Shown here piece by piece: positions 38,977 to 49,010 of a DNA stretch of 64,000 bases. This stretch comes from Nitrospirota bacterium (GTDB lineage: Bacteria > Nitrospirota > UBA9217). Under the pieces are notes generated by a model that had not been told where the DNA came from, made no database searches, and saw only the letters and a program-made list of their open reading frames with translations. A program made the position numbers and the translations under genes. The stretch is taken from the NCBI GenBank assembly GCA_963790205.1, contig CAWBNQ010000005.1:416001-480000 (forward strand), given 5' to 3'. Each line of letters starts with the position of its first letter. Positions within the stretch are counted from its first letter, which is position 1.

Positions 38977-40338
38977 TTATGAGGACCCATATTTTTGCAG
39001 TCGGTGCCTGAAAGACCTGAACGAGAGGCCCAGAAGCTTTGCTGCTTCGGTTTTCACTCCACCGGCCTTGTCCAGCGCTTTTTGGAGGAGGGCTTTTTCG
39101 GCGTTTTCGAGCAACGCTTCGAGATCGAGCCCTGCATCGGGGATATCCGAGGGGATGAGTTCAGCGCCGGGTTGCAGGTTTTTCACCGAATCCGGCACGT
39201 GTTCGAGATGGATGGTATCGCCGGATGCCAGGATCATGAGCCGTTCGATGGTATTTTCGAGCTCGCGGACATTGCCGGCCCAGCGATAGCTCATAAGCAT
39301 CTTCAAGGCATCGGGAGCTATTTTCTTCTGTCCCTTTCCTGATGAGAACTTATTAAGGAAAAAATCGACCAGCACCGGGATATCTTCTTTCCGGTCTCGA
39401 AGCGCGGGAAGATGTATCTGTATCACGTTCAGGCGGTAATAGAGATCCTCCCGGAAGACGCCTTTCGAGACTTCAGCGAGGAGATCCTTGTTGCTCGCCG
39501 CGATCACCCGGACATCTACCTTAATTTCGGTCGTCCCCCCCAACCGCATAAACTCTCGTTCCTGGAGCACGCGCAATAATTTTATCTGCAGCGCCGGCGT
39601 AGTCGCGCTTATCTCATCGAGAAAAATAGTCCCGCTGTTCGCCGCCTCGAAAAGCCCCTGCTTGTTCGCCACGGCGCCGGTAAATGCCCCTTTCATGTAG
39701 CCGAAGAGCTCACTCTCAAGCAGCGTCTCGGGCAAGGCCCCGCAGTTGACCGTTACAAAGGGTTTGTCTTTTCTCGTGCTGTTGAAATGGATGGCCCTCG
39801 CCACGAGTTCCTTGCCCGTTCCGCTTTCCCCCGTGATGAGGACGGTACTCCTCGTATCGGCAACCTGGCGAATAAGCGAAAAAACCCTCTGCATGGGTTC
39901 GCTTGTGCCGATGAAGTTCTCGAACCCCGCCCGTGACTCGATTTCCCTCCGGAGGAGGATATTCTCTTTTCTGAGGTGGCCTTTTTCGAGCGCCTTCTGG
40001 ATTATGAGTTTAATCTCATCTACTTTGAACGGTTTGGTAATATAATCATAGGCGCCGAGTTTCATAGCTTCAACAGCGGTCTCCGCCGTCGCAAAGGCGG
40101 TGACCATGATCACGACAGTCTCGGGGGCGACCTCTTTGACCGCTTTCAGCACGTCGATACCGTTCAGCCCCGGCATCTTAACGTCACTGATCACCAGGTC
40201 AAAAATCTCCGTGTAAACGGCCTTGAGCGCATCAGTGCCGTTTTCAGCGGCCACCACGTCATGACCCTCTTTTTTCAGCATGATCGAGAGAAAATCCCGC
40301 ATGCTCTGTTCGTCATCGATAACGAGAATTTTACTCAC
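38977..40338 (-). CDS. pilR: Sigma54-dependent response regulator PilR-like
   Basis: REC domain, GESGTGKE, GAFTGA, FREDLYYRL, C-terminal HTH; follows pilS/pilC. Confidence 0.88.
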   Translation of the reverse strand: MSKILVIDDEQSMRDFLSIMLKKEGHDVVAAENGTDALKAVYTEIFDLVISDVKMPGLNGIDVLKAVKEVAPETVVIMVTAFATAETAVEAMKLGAYDYITKPFKVDEIKLIIQKALEKGHLRKENILLRREIESRAGFENFIGTSEPMQRVFSLIRQVADTRSTVLITGESGTGKELVARAIHFNSTRKDKPFVTVNCGALPETLLESELFGYMKGAFTGAVANKQGLFEAANSGTIFLDEISATTPALQIKLLRVLQEREFMRLGGTTEIKVDVRVIAASNKDLLAEVSKGVFREDLYYRLNVIQIHLPALRDRKEDIPVLVDFFLNKFSSGKGQKKIAPDALKMLMSYRWAGNVRELENTIERLMILASGDTIHLEHVPDSVKNLQPGAELIPSDIPDAGLDLEALLENAEKALLQKALDKAGGVKTEAAKLLGLSFRSFRHRLQKYGSS

Positions 40339-40351
40339 GACACCGCCTTCA

Positions 40352-42046
40352 TTATGAAACGATTCGAGGCCTGATCCATGCGTTCACGATCTCCGGGTGA
40401 GTTGAGCCATCGATCATGGGGATCAGAATTCGAAATTTCGTCCCCCGTCCTTCTTCCGCTGCCACGGCGATGGTGCCGCCATGGTCTTCAATAATCCGGT
40501 AAGCGATCGCAAGCCCCAGGCCCGTACCGCCGATCTTGGTCGTAAAAAACGGATCGAATATTTTAGCTAGGTGTTCAGGGGAGATGCCCTGACCGGTATC
40601 TGCTATGATGATCTCACACCATGCGGAGTCCTCATCATCATGCGAAACGGGATTCGCGCTGATCGTCATCTTCCCGCCGTTCGGCATTGCCTGACAGGAG
40701 TTGATCAGAAAATTCCAGAACACCTGGCGCATCCTCCGGGCATCTCCCCGCATAATGATCATCGGGTCTACGTTGCAGCTGATGCTTATATTGTCCACGA
40801 ATTCCTTGCTGTTCTTTAAAAGGGTAATCGTTTCGTCGAGCACTGAAGAGAGGACGATCCGGTCGTCTTGCGTGGTTTTCGGCCGCGCGTATTCCAAAAA
40901 ATCGGTGATGATGGTATTGAGACGGTCGGTCTCACGCACCACGATATCCATGAGATGCCTGTTATCGCCCTTGAGATCGAGTTCCCCTTGAAGGACCTGG
41001 ATCGAACCGCTCAACGAAGCAAGCGGGTTTCTGATTTCATGAGCGATGCCGGCCGCAAGGCTTCCCACCGTGGCGAGCCGCTCCTGCCTTCGGACACGAT
41101 CCTCCATTTGCACCATCGTGGTGATGTCCTGAAAGATAAGAATGATGCCCCGGACTTGATTCTTTTCGTCCTTGAGCAGCGAAGCGGACATGCCCAGTAT
41201 AGCCGTATTCCCGTCTTTTTTTATTATCTGCCCGTCAAAACGAAAGGGGTTCTCTTTCAAATCTTCGGTGTGGCCAAAGAGCCCCCTGATGCTGTTCCCG
41301 AAAACGTCCTGAAGGCGGCCCCTGATCTCAGCGTAACTGTAACCCGTGATATGCTCTGCTGCCGGATTCCATGAGGTAATATGGCCTTCGAGGTCCATCG
41401 TGAGAATACCGCTCCCGATACTCTTCAAAATATGCTCTTGAAGAGCGCGAAGGTCATTAAAGTCCATGCTCTTCTCGCGCAGTTCCTGGCGCGTTTTGCG
41501 GAGACGTTCGGAGAGATAACCGCTCAAAAAAGCGACCGTATAAAAGGAAAGAATGTTAATAAAAACCAGGTACAGCACCTGCATCGCGGTAAAGTTGAGG
41601 CTTCGAACAAAACCGAGAACATTATAATACTGCATGTCCAGCATGCCGCCATACAGGATGCTGGCGAGCGAGGCAGCAAGGTATCCTCCCCGGCGATAGA
41701 GGATGATGCTTGCCGAAATGATCGTCAGATGATAGAGGAGCGAGAGGCCGCTGTCGATGCCACCGGTGAGGCGAACAAGAAAAGTCACCAGAAAGATATC
41801 GCCCGCGACCTGGAGGTAGGCGAAAAACGTCACATTATCGATTCGTTGCAGCAGGTACCAATAAATGCCCGTCAGGACATAAACGAAGAGAACAAAATAA
41901 TAAAGAAAGATCGTGCGAAACGGATATAATCTATATTCATGCTGAAAAAAAATCAAAGTCCCGAGCAGAAAGGTGATCAGAACAAGTCTGCTCACCATCA
42001 ACCATTTTACTCTGACATGATATTCCCCTTTTGAAAACTCTTGCAT
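40352..42046 (-). CDS. pilS: Sensor histidine kinase PilS-like (6 TM, PAS, HisKA, HATPase)
   Basis: AHEIRNPLASL, DTGQGI, FDPFFTTK, GTGLGL; context. Confidence 0.88.
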   Translation of the reverse strand: MQEFSKGEYHVRVKWLMVSRLVLITFLLGTLIFFQHEYRLYPFRTIFLYYFVLFVYVLTGIYWYLLQRIDNVTFFAYLQVAGDIFLVTFLVRLTGGIDSGLSLLYHLTIISASIILYRRGGYLAASLASILYGGMLDMQYYNVLGFVRSLNFTAMQVLYLVFINILSFYTVAFLSGYLSERLRKTRQELREKSMDFNDLRALQEHILKSIGSGILTMDLEGHITSWNPAAEHITGYSYAEIRGRLQDVFGNSIRGLFGHTEDLKENPFRFDGQIIKKDGNTAILGMSASLLKDEKNQVRGIILIFQDITTMVQMEDRVRRQERLATVGSLAAGIAHEIRNPLASLSGSIQVLQGELDLKGDNRHLMDIVVRETDRLNTIITDFLEYARPKTTQDDRIVLSSVLDETITLLKNSKEFVDNISISCNVDPMIIMRGDARRMRQVFWNFLINSCQAMPNGGKMTISANPVSHDDEDSAWCEIIIADTGQGISPEHLAKIFDPFFTTKIGGTGLGLAIAYRIIEDHGGTIAVAAEEGRGTKFRILIPMIDGSTHPEIVNAWIRPRIVS

Positions 42047-42054
42047 CGCGTATA

Positions 42055-43263
42055 TTATTTTATGGTCGACCCCATCTGGAATATGGGCATGTACATAGCC
42101 ACGATCACGAAACCGACGGTAGTGCCTAAAAAGATCATGAGCATCGGTTCAAGCAAAGAAGTAAGGGTTGCCACTGCTGTATCAACCTCATCATCATAAA
42201 AATCCGCTATCTTGGAGAGCATATTGTCAAGCGCGCCCGTGGCTTCACCGACCGAAATCATTTGAGTAACCATGGGAGGAAAGACCTTGGACTTCGTGAG
42301 AGGCTCCGCAAGGGTCTTGCCTTCGCTCACACTTTGTCTGGTCGTAAGAATAGCTTCCTCTACAACCTTGTTGCCGGCTGTACGCGCCACAATCAGCAAC
42401 CCTTCCAGAATAGGCACACCACTCGTCATCAGGGTGCCGAGGGTCCGCGTAAACTTGGCAACCGAGACCTTTCTAATCAGGTCGCCCGCAACGGGCAGAT
42501 TCAACGCAATGGCATCAGTCACTTGTAAACCTTTTAGGGTTTTTCTCCATTGCTTCACGCCGACGATGGAACCCACAAGAACGACTAAAACGCTCAACCC
42601 TCCCCAACCTTTCAGAAAGTTACTCAGTATGATCACGATGCGGGTCGGCAAAGGCAGCGCCTGCCCCGCCTCGGCAAACATGGCTGCCAGCATGGGGACC
42701 ACAATAACAAGCAGGAGGGCCACCACGGCAACGGCCACAAAAAGAATAACCGCCGGGTAGATCATCGCGGATTTGATCTGTTTCTTTATCTTTGCGAACT
42801 TTTCCATGTAAGTGGCCAATCTCTGGAGAATCGTGTCCAGAATCCCGCCAGCTTCCCCTGCCGCCACCATGTTCACATAGAGATTGTCGAAGACCTTGGG
42901 GTGCTTCTTAAGCGCCTCCGCAAAGGTGGACCCGCTTTCAACATCGGTCCTTACCTGGACCACGGTCTTTGCAAGGGTCGCGTTTTCCGTCTGGGCGCCG
43001 AGGATATCAAGGCACTGTACCAGCGGCAAACCTGCATCGATCATGGTGGCCAACTGCCGCGTAAAAATAACAACATCCTTATCAGTTACCTTCGGCGCTC
43101 CAAAACTTAACTTTATCTCCTTCGCTTTTGCCGACACATTCATCGGGAGAATATTCTGTTTGCGAAGAAGCGCAAGGACTTCTTCCTTGTTGCTGGCTGA
43201 AAGTTCGCCTTTCTGGACTGCTCCCTGGCGTGTTTTTCCTTCCCATATAAATACGGTTGCCAT
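42055..43263 (-). CDS. pilC: Type IV pilus platform protein PilC
   Basis: FTRQLATMIDAGLPL, AGEAGGILD, VGEATGALD, LLEP. Confidence 0.96.
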   Translation of the reverse strand: MATVFIWEGKTRQGAVQKGELSASNKEEVLALLRKQNILPMNVSAKAKEIKLSFGAPKVTDKDVVIFTRQLATMIDAGLPLVQCLDILGAQTENATLAKTVVQVRTDVESGSTFAEALKKHPKVFDNLYVNMVAAGEAGGILDTILQRLATYMEKFAKIKKQIKSAMIYPAVILFVAVAVVALLLVIVVPMLAAMFAEAGQALPLPTRIVIILSNFLKGWGGLSVLVVLVGSIVGVKQWRKTLKGLQVTDAIALNLPVAGDLIRKVSVAKFTRTLGTLMTSGVPILEGLLIVARTAGNKVVEEAILTTRQSVSEGKTLAEPLTKSKVFPPMVTQMISVGEATGALDNMLSKIADFYDDEVDTAVATLTSLLEPMLMIFLGTTVGFVIVAMYMPIFQMGSTIK

Positions 43264-43297
43264 GTTCACCTCACCACTGATCTATAAAATAGCAGTT

Positions 43298-44401
43298 TTA
43301 GCGGTAATCCTTTTGAACGGTTTGGCTGCCGGCGAGCCCTGACCTTCCGAGCATCTGGATGAGCTCTTCTACAACCGAGGACCGTCCGATGCAATCGTCG
43401 TAGGAAATCAATTTTCTGACATAGAGATCGTACAGGCTCTGGTTCAACGTCTGCATGCCGAACTTGGACTGGCCGGTCTGCATCGTCGAATAAATTTGAT
43501 GAATCTTGTCTTCCCGTATGAGATTACGGATAGCGGAGTTCGGTACCAGTACTTCAAGTGCGAGCATGCGCCCGCCGCCGATTTTCGGTATAAGCTGCTG
43601 GGACATGATGCCTTCGAGGACGAACGATAATTGCGCCCGTACCTGCGATTGCTGGTGGGGCGGAAAGACATCGATAATACGGTTCATGGTCTGTGCGGCT
43701 GAGTTGGTATGAAGCGTAGCAAAGGTCAGGTGGCCGGTTTCAGCAATGGTCAGGGCCGCTTCAATGGTCTCAAGGTCCCTCATTTCACCCACCAGCACCA
43801 CATCGGGGTCCTGGCGCAGAATATATTTAAGCGCATCCTTGAACGACTTCGTGTCCGCATTTACTTCACGTTGGTTCACCAGACACTTTTTATGAGGATG
43901 GAGGTATTCTATAGGATCTTCGACCGTTATAATATGCTCCTGCCGCTCACTGTTGATCTTGTCGATCATCGAGGCAAGAGTGGTGGATTTGCCGCTGCCC
44001 GTGGGCCCGGTGACGAGCACAAGGCCCCGCGGTTTGTTGCACAGATCAGAAACGACCTCCGGCAAACCGAGTTCTTTAAATGTTTTTATTTTGAATGGAA
44101 TGGTCCTGATGGCCGCTGCAACGGCCCCGCGCTGCATGAAGATATTCGCGCGAAACCGGGACAGGTTCTTGACGCCGAACGAAAGATCGAGCTCGTTATT
44201 TTCCTCGAATTTGTGCTTCTGCGCATCGGTCAGGATGCTGTAACAGAGGTCCTTGGTTTGAGTTCCGCTCAGCGGCTCCAGCCCGGGGATTGGCTTCATC
44301 TTGCCGTCGACCCGTATGGACGGCGCTATTCCCGTCGTGACATGAAGATCGGATGCGCCTTTTTCTATCATGTACTTGAGCAGATCGTGCAAATTAGCCA
44401 T
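43298..44401 (-). CDS. pilT: Type IV pilus retraction ATPase PilT
   Basis: GPTGSGKSTT, EDPIEY, RQDPDVVLVGEMRD, AIRNLIRE motif. Confidence 0.97.
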   Translation of the reverse strand: MANLHDLLKYMIEKGASDLHVTTGIAPSIRVDGKMKPIPGLEPLSGTQTKDLCYSILTDAQKHKFEENNELDLSFGVKNLSRFRANIFMQRGAVAAAIRTIPFKIKTFKELGLPEVVSDLCNKPRGLVLVTGPTGSGKSTTLASMIDKINSERQEHIITVEDPIEYLHPHKKCLVNQREVNADTKSFKDALKYILRQDPDVVLVGEMRDLETIEAALTIAETGHLTFATLHTNSAAQTMNRIIDVFPPHQQSQVRAQLSFVLEGIMSQQLIPKIGGGRMLALEVLVPNSAIRNLIREDKIHQIYSTMQTGQSKFGMQTLNQSLYDLYVRKLISYDDCIGRSSVVEELIQMLGRSGLAGSQTVQKDYR

Positions 44402-44440
44402 GGGAAGAACCCCTCACCTCTGAGATTGACGCTTTCATTG

Positions 44441-46291
44441 TTAGTTCGTCTGGTTGTCAGGGAATGTATTTTCGACTACTTCTTCGAGTGACGTCAATCC
44501 GGCTTTCACTTTCAGCAGCCCGCTCGCCCGGAGCGTTTTCATCCCCCCGGTGATGGCCTGCTTTTTAATATCAAAGACCGACGCTCCCTGCAGGATCAAT
44601 TCCTTGATCTCATCTTTGATCGGCATCACCTCGTAGAGCGCGACCCTGCCTTTGTATCCGGTCTTATTGCAGACATCGCAGCCTGTGCCTTTGTAGCTTA
44701 CGATCGTAGGGGCTTCTTCCGGCGTAAATCCGGCATCAATAAATATTTGGGCCGGAACTTTCTCCGGTTGTTTGCAGTTTTGACAGGCCCTGCGGACAAG
44801 CCGCTGGGCAACAATCAGAATAACTGCAGAAGACACGAGGAACGGCTCAACTCCCATATTGAGCATGCGGTTGATCGTGCTCGGGGCGTCGTTTGTATGG
44901 AGCGTCGTGAGCACGAGATGCCCCGTGAGCGCGGCCTTCACCCCGATCTCCGCCGTTTCATAGTCTCGTGTCTCTCCCACCATGATGATATCCGGGTCCT
45001 GGCGAAGAAAGGAGCGCAGTGCGGCGGCAAAGTTGAGGCCGATCTCGTCCTTCATCTGCACCTGATTGATTCCCATCAGATTGAATTCGACCGGGTCCTC
45101 GGCGGTCATGATATTTTCGGAATCCGTGTTCAGCTCGGAGAGCGCCGAGTACAGGGTCGTCGTCTTTCCGCTTCCCGTGGGGCCCGTCACCAAAACCATG
45201 CCGAAGGGCCTGCCCAGGGCATCTTTAAAATCCTTCAGCTGGTCCTCATCGAACCCAAGCTTTGTCATGTCGAGCTGCAGGTTCGACTTGTCGAGCAGCC
45301 GCATGACGATCTTTTCTCCGAAGAGGGTGGGGAGGACCGAAACCCGGAAGTCCATGACCTTGTTTTTGCCCATCTTCATCTTGATCCTGCCGTCCTGGGG
45401 AAGACGCCGCTCGGCGATATCGAGCGACGCCATGATCTTGCAACGGGAAATAATGGCATTCCTGATCTTAAGCGGAAGCCCCATCACGGTATTCAGAACT
45501 CCGTCAAGGCGGTACCGGACCCTGAACTTTTTTTCATAGGGCTCGATGTGAATATCGCTCACTCCCATATTTGCCGCTCGGAGCAGAATCCCGTTTACGA
45601 GCTTGACGATCGGCGCCTCAACCTCGGCCGAAAGCTTGTCAAGACCTTCCTCTTCAACGAGTTCGAGCGTATCTACCGCGCCATGGACGAGTTGGTCGAA
45701 GTCTTCAACGTCCACGATCCCGCCGGTGTCGATATCGTCAACAAAGGTATCTTCGGCATCTTCATCGAAAGCATAGTCCTTTGCATCAAGACTGATTTTT
45801 TTGTCTGCTTTCGAGGCGGCCCCGCTTCCGCCCACCCCTTTGGCCGTAACCAGGGACTTGGCGGCGCCGTAATATTTTTTGATCGCGTCGATGATCGCGC
45901 CCTCGGTGGCTACCACGGCTTCGACGTTGTAGCCGGTCATGAACTTGATATCGTCGATAGCGAAAATATTGGAGGGGTCCACCATGGCAATGGTGATCGT
46001 AGCGCCGGCCCGGTTGATCGGCATGATCCGGTATTTCTGGGCAACATCAGCGGGAATATGTTTGATCACGGCCGGGTTGATTTCGAATTTGCTCAAGTCT
46101 ACATAGGGGACTCCGTACTGCTTGCTCAGAAAAGTCATCAACTTGTCTTCCGGGACAAAACCGAGCTTTACCAGCAGGGAACCCAAGCGTCCCCCCTCGG
46201 CTTTTTGAGCAGCAAGCGCCTTTTTGAGCTGTTCATCTGTAATCAGGCCCGACGACACCAGCATTGCGCCGAGCCTTCCTGACATGGCCAT
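44441..46291 (-). CDS. pilB: Type IV pilus assembly ATPase PilB with N-terminal MshEN domain
   Basis: RLGAMLVSSGLI...RLGSLLVKLGFV, ERRLPQDGR, GPTGSGKTTT, CQNC...CDVC. Confidence 0.97.
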   Translation of the reverse strand: MAMSGRLGAMLVSSGLITDEQLKKALAAQKAEGGRLGSLLVKLGFVPEDKLMTFLSKQYGVPYVDLSKFEINPAVIKHIPADVAQKYRIMPINRAGATITIAMVDPSNIFAIDDIKFMTGYNVEAVVATEGAIIDAIKKYYGAAKSLVTAKGVGGSGAASKADKKISLDAKDYAFDEDAEDTFVDDIDTGGIVDVEDFDQLVHGAVDTLELVEEEGLDKLSAEVEAPIVKLVNGILLRAANMGVSDIHIEPYEKKFRVRYRLDGVLNTVMGLPLKIRNAIISRCKIMASLDIAERRLPQDGRIKMKMGKNKVMDFRVSVLPTLFGEKIVMRLLDKSNLQLDMTKLGFDEDQLKDFKDALGRPFGMVLVTGPTGSGKTTTLYSALSELNTDSENIMTAEDPVEFNLMGINQVQMKDEIGLNFAAALRSFLRQDPDIIMVGETRDYETAEIGVKAALTGHLVLTTLHTNDAPSTINRMLNMGVEPFLVSSAVILIVAQRLVRRACQNCKQPEKVPAQIFIDAGFTPEEAPTIVSYKGTGCDVCNKTGYKGRVALYEVMPIKDEIKELILQGASVFDIKKQAITGGMKTLRASGLLKVKAGLTSLEEVVENTFPDNQTN

Positions 46292-46325
46292 GGGGAACTC
46301 CTTGAAAAAAGTCTAAATGTAATTA

Positions 46326-46354
46326 ATATTACTTTAATACTACCAGTATGTCAA
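46326..46354 (-). promoter_or_regulatory. Sigma70-like promoter upstream of pilB
   Basis: TTGACA-N17-TAATAT on minus strand. Confidence 0.6.
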
Positions 46355-46382
46355 GAACAGACCGGGTGCTTTTGACCCCTGT

Positions 46383-47234
46383 TCACCGGATGCCGATCTG
46401 CCTCATAAGCGCGCTTTTCATGACAGAAACCGGCGCCTTATCCCCCGTCCAAATCTCGAAAGCAATCACTCCCTGGAACAGAAGCATGCCGAGACCGGCA
46501 AGTCTTTTTGCCTTCCGGGCTTTCGCAGCCTTGAGAAAGTGCGTTTCAGGCGGATTATAGACCAGATCGCAGACCAATTGGTGTTTGTGAATGCAGTCGC
46601 CAGGCAGCGGCAGCGGATCACTTCTCTTCAAACCGAGCGGTGTAGCATTGATCAGGCAGCCGGCCCCGGCAGCGTGAGCGGCGAGCGCCTCTCGGTCTAT
46701 TGTTCCGGTGTCAACACCGGTTTTTTCTTTGATATCCTGCGCGAGAAGGTCGGCTTTTTGCATATCGATATCGCAAATAATAATTTTTTTAGCGCCTGCC
46801 AGTGCAAGACTAAATCCGACTGCACGGGCCGCACCGCCTGATCCGATAAAAAGAAATTTCTCCCCGCGAGGGTCAAATTTTGCCTGTTCCTTCAGCGAAC
46901 GCAAAAAACCCCTGCCGTCGGTATTGTGACCGATCAATCTCCCCTCCTTCACTTCGATGGTGTTGACCGCACCAATGAGCTGCGCTTCTTCGGAGAGGTC
47001 GTCGAGGTAGGGTATGATCTTCTCTTTGTGAGGCACCGTGATATTCAACCCGCAGAGACCGAGGGGGATCAATGCCTTGGCCGCATCGACGAGATGGTCG
47101 GGATGAACTGCGAATGGCACATAGCATGCATCCATGCCAAGCTTTTTAAATGCCGCGTTATGCATTCCCGGAGAAAAGGTGTGCTCCACCGGATATCCGA
47201 ATATTCCGTATATCTTCGTTTTTCCCGAAATCAT
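46383..47234 (-). CDS. aroE: Shikimate dehydrogenase
   Basis: SPGMHN, NITVPHKE, GAVNT, NTDGRG, GSGGAA, DLVYNP, GLGML. Confidence 0.97.
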   Translation of the reverse strand: MISGKTKIYGIFGYPVEHTFSPGMHNAAFKKLGMDACYVPFAVHPDHLVDAAKALIPLGLCGLNITVPHKEKIIPYLDDLSEEAQLIGAVNTIEVKEGRLIGHNTDGRGFLRSLKEQAKFDPRGEKFLFIGSGGAARAVGFSLALAGAKKIIICDIDMQKADLLAQDIKEKTGVDTGTIDREALAAHAAGAGCLINATPLGLKRSDPLPLPGDCIHKHQLVCDLVYNPPETHFLKAAKARKAKRLAGLGMLLFQGVIAFEIWTGDKAPVSVMKSALMRQIGIR

Positions 47235-48526
47235 TGTTTGGCCCTCCCTTTCCCGCGCAACACTGCTATGAGATCCCTGAAGCCATCCACCCTGAAAACC
47301 TTCGTCTTCAGATGTCGCGCCAGCTCTTCAACACTCATATCGTCGAGGAATATATCCCCGTCTTCTTTCAGTGCGCTTGACGGGATCAGCACCATATCAC
47401 CAAGCGGTTTTCCCTTGAGCGCATGCAGAATATCTCCGCCGGTCAACAACCCGGTTACCGTGACGGAAGGGCCGAAAAATCTGTTTTTCACGGTGATCTG
47501 CTTCACCGACGCCCCTTTCATCCCCCGGAGACGCTTCAGAACGTTGCTCAGGATTTTACTGAACGAAACACCGGTAACCACCGTTGCCCTGACCGGAGCG
47601 ATCGTTGCGGGAAGCCGGGTGCGGGAGACCTCTCCCATAAAGGTCGCGACCAGCCCCACTCCGTTCTCGATCTGGGGAAAATCCTCGTAAAATGAGGAAG
47701 GCGGGAATTGTTCGTTCGCTTTGATGTAGAATTCGTCGGAAGCGAAAACGAGACGGGTCCCAAACCGCTTTTTAAACCTTCTCGCAAGCGGCTCGATGAG
47801 CTCAAGCACAGCACGCGCTTCCTGCCGCGAAAATGTCCTGAGCGGGAACAAGTCTCCTCTGAACCTCGTAATCCCGACGGGGACGACCGCAATGGAACAG
47901 ACGGCCGGAAAAAGCCCGGCGAGATCGGCAATCGTCCGTTTCAGGTGTTCCTCGTCGTTTATCCCGGGACATAAAACGACCTGAGTATGCATCTTGATTC
48001 CGCCTGAGGCAAGCCGTTTCAAGCTCTCCAGAATATCGGGAGCTTTTGTATTACGCAGCAGGGAAGCCCGGAGACCGGCATCGGTCGTATGAACAGAAAT
48101 ATAGAGGGGGCTCAGCCGCAGCCTGAATATCCGTTCCCAGTCGGATTCTGAAAGCGCGCCGAGAGTTATGAAATTCCCGTGTAAAAAGGAAGCGCGGAAA
48201 TCATCGTCTTTTACATACAAGGTTTTACGGCAGCCGGGAGGCATCTGATCAACGAAGCAGAAAATGCACTTATTGCGGCATCGCTTGATGCGGAGCGGAG
48301 CAAAGTCAAGCCCCAGATTGTCGTCAGGTTCCTTGCTGACCTTTAGTTTTATTATGCTGCCGGTTTTTTTTTGTACTGCAAGAGAGAGTCGCTCATCAGC
48401 CGCGAAAAATCTGAAATCGATAACATCGTGGATCTCTTCCCCGTTTATGGAAACGACCGCGTCTCCCGGTTTCAATCCCAGCCGCGACGCCGTACTTCCC
48501 GGCAGGACGTTGATAATCTCAAGCAA
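47231..48526 (-). CDS. DUF512 family PDZ + radical SAM protein
   Basis: N-terminal PDZ-like, CRNKCIFCFVDQMP, KDDDFRASF, QIENGVG. Confidence 0.92.
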   Translation of the reverse strand: MLEIINVLPGSTASRLGLKPGDAVVSINGEEIHDVIDFRFFAADERLSLAVQKKTGSIIKLKVSKEPDDNLGLDFAPLRIKRCRNKCIFCFVDQMPPGCRKTLYVKDDDFRASFLHGNFITLGALSESDWERIFRLRLSPLYISVHTTDAGLRASLLRNTKAPDILESLKRLASGGIKMHTQVVLCPGINDEEHLKRTIADLAGLFPAVCSIAVVPVGITRFRGDLFPLRTFSRQEARAVLELIEPLARRFKKRFGTRLVFASDEFYIKANEQFPPSSFYEDFPQIENGVGLVATFMGEVSRTRLPATIAPVRATVVTGVSFSKILSNVLKRLRGMKGASVKQITVKNRFFGPSVTVTGLLTGGDILHALKGKPLGDMVLIPSSALKEDGDIFLDDMSVEELARHLKTKVFRVDGFRDLIAVLRGKGRAKQ

Positions 48527-48961
48527 TCATCCGCTCCTCTTGGACGCGAACATAAAATCGACATAGCCGACGATCTGCGTCCTCGCCTCATCGGAAACCT
48601 GCCTGAATTTTCTCAGTACCTGGATTTCGTCGGAACTCACGATTTTCTCGAGATAGTTACACTGCTCTTCCGAAAGCGGAAATTTCCGCTTTCCTCGCCT
48701 GAATTTCGACTGCGAGGGAGAAAGGAAAAAACCTTTCACCTCAGCGGGGACCTTCTCCTGGTGCGCTGACAGGATCAAGACCGATTTGTCCAGGCCCAGT
48801 TTGTTCGCAATCATCATGAGGGTTTTATCCTTCGGTATATGCCCCTTATTAATAGTGACCCGCAGGAGTTCAGGACTTATCCCGAGGATCTTTGATGCAT
48901 CTTTCAGATTGCGAAAACCTTTTTTTTCAAGCGCCTGCCTGATCATATCGGATATTTTCAT
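48527..48961 (-). CDS. HTH (XRE-like) domain protein
   Basis: LKDASKILGISPELL...IANKLGLD; GAGGGAGG RBS; abuts DUF512 gene. Confidence 0.7.
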   Translation of the reverse strand: MKISDMIRQALEKKGFRNLKDASKILGISPELLRVTINKGHIPKDKTLMMIANKLGLDKSVLILSAHQEKVPAEVKGFFLSPSQSKFRRGKRKFPLSEEQCNYLEKIVSSDEIQVLRKFRQVSDEARTQIVGYVDFMFASKRSG

Positions 48962-49010
48962 TATAGTTTGCCTCCCTCAATATACATGAGCGACACTCGA
49001 ATTCATACTA

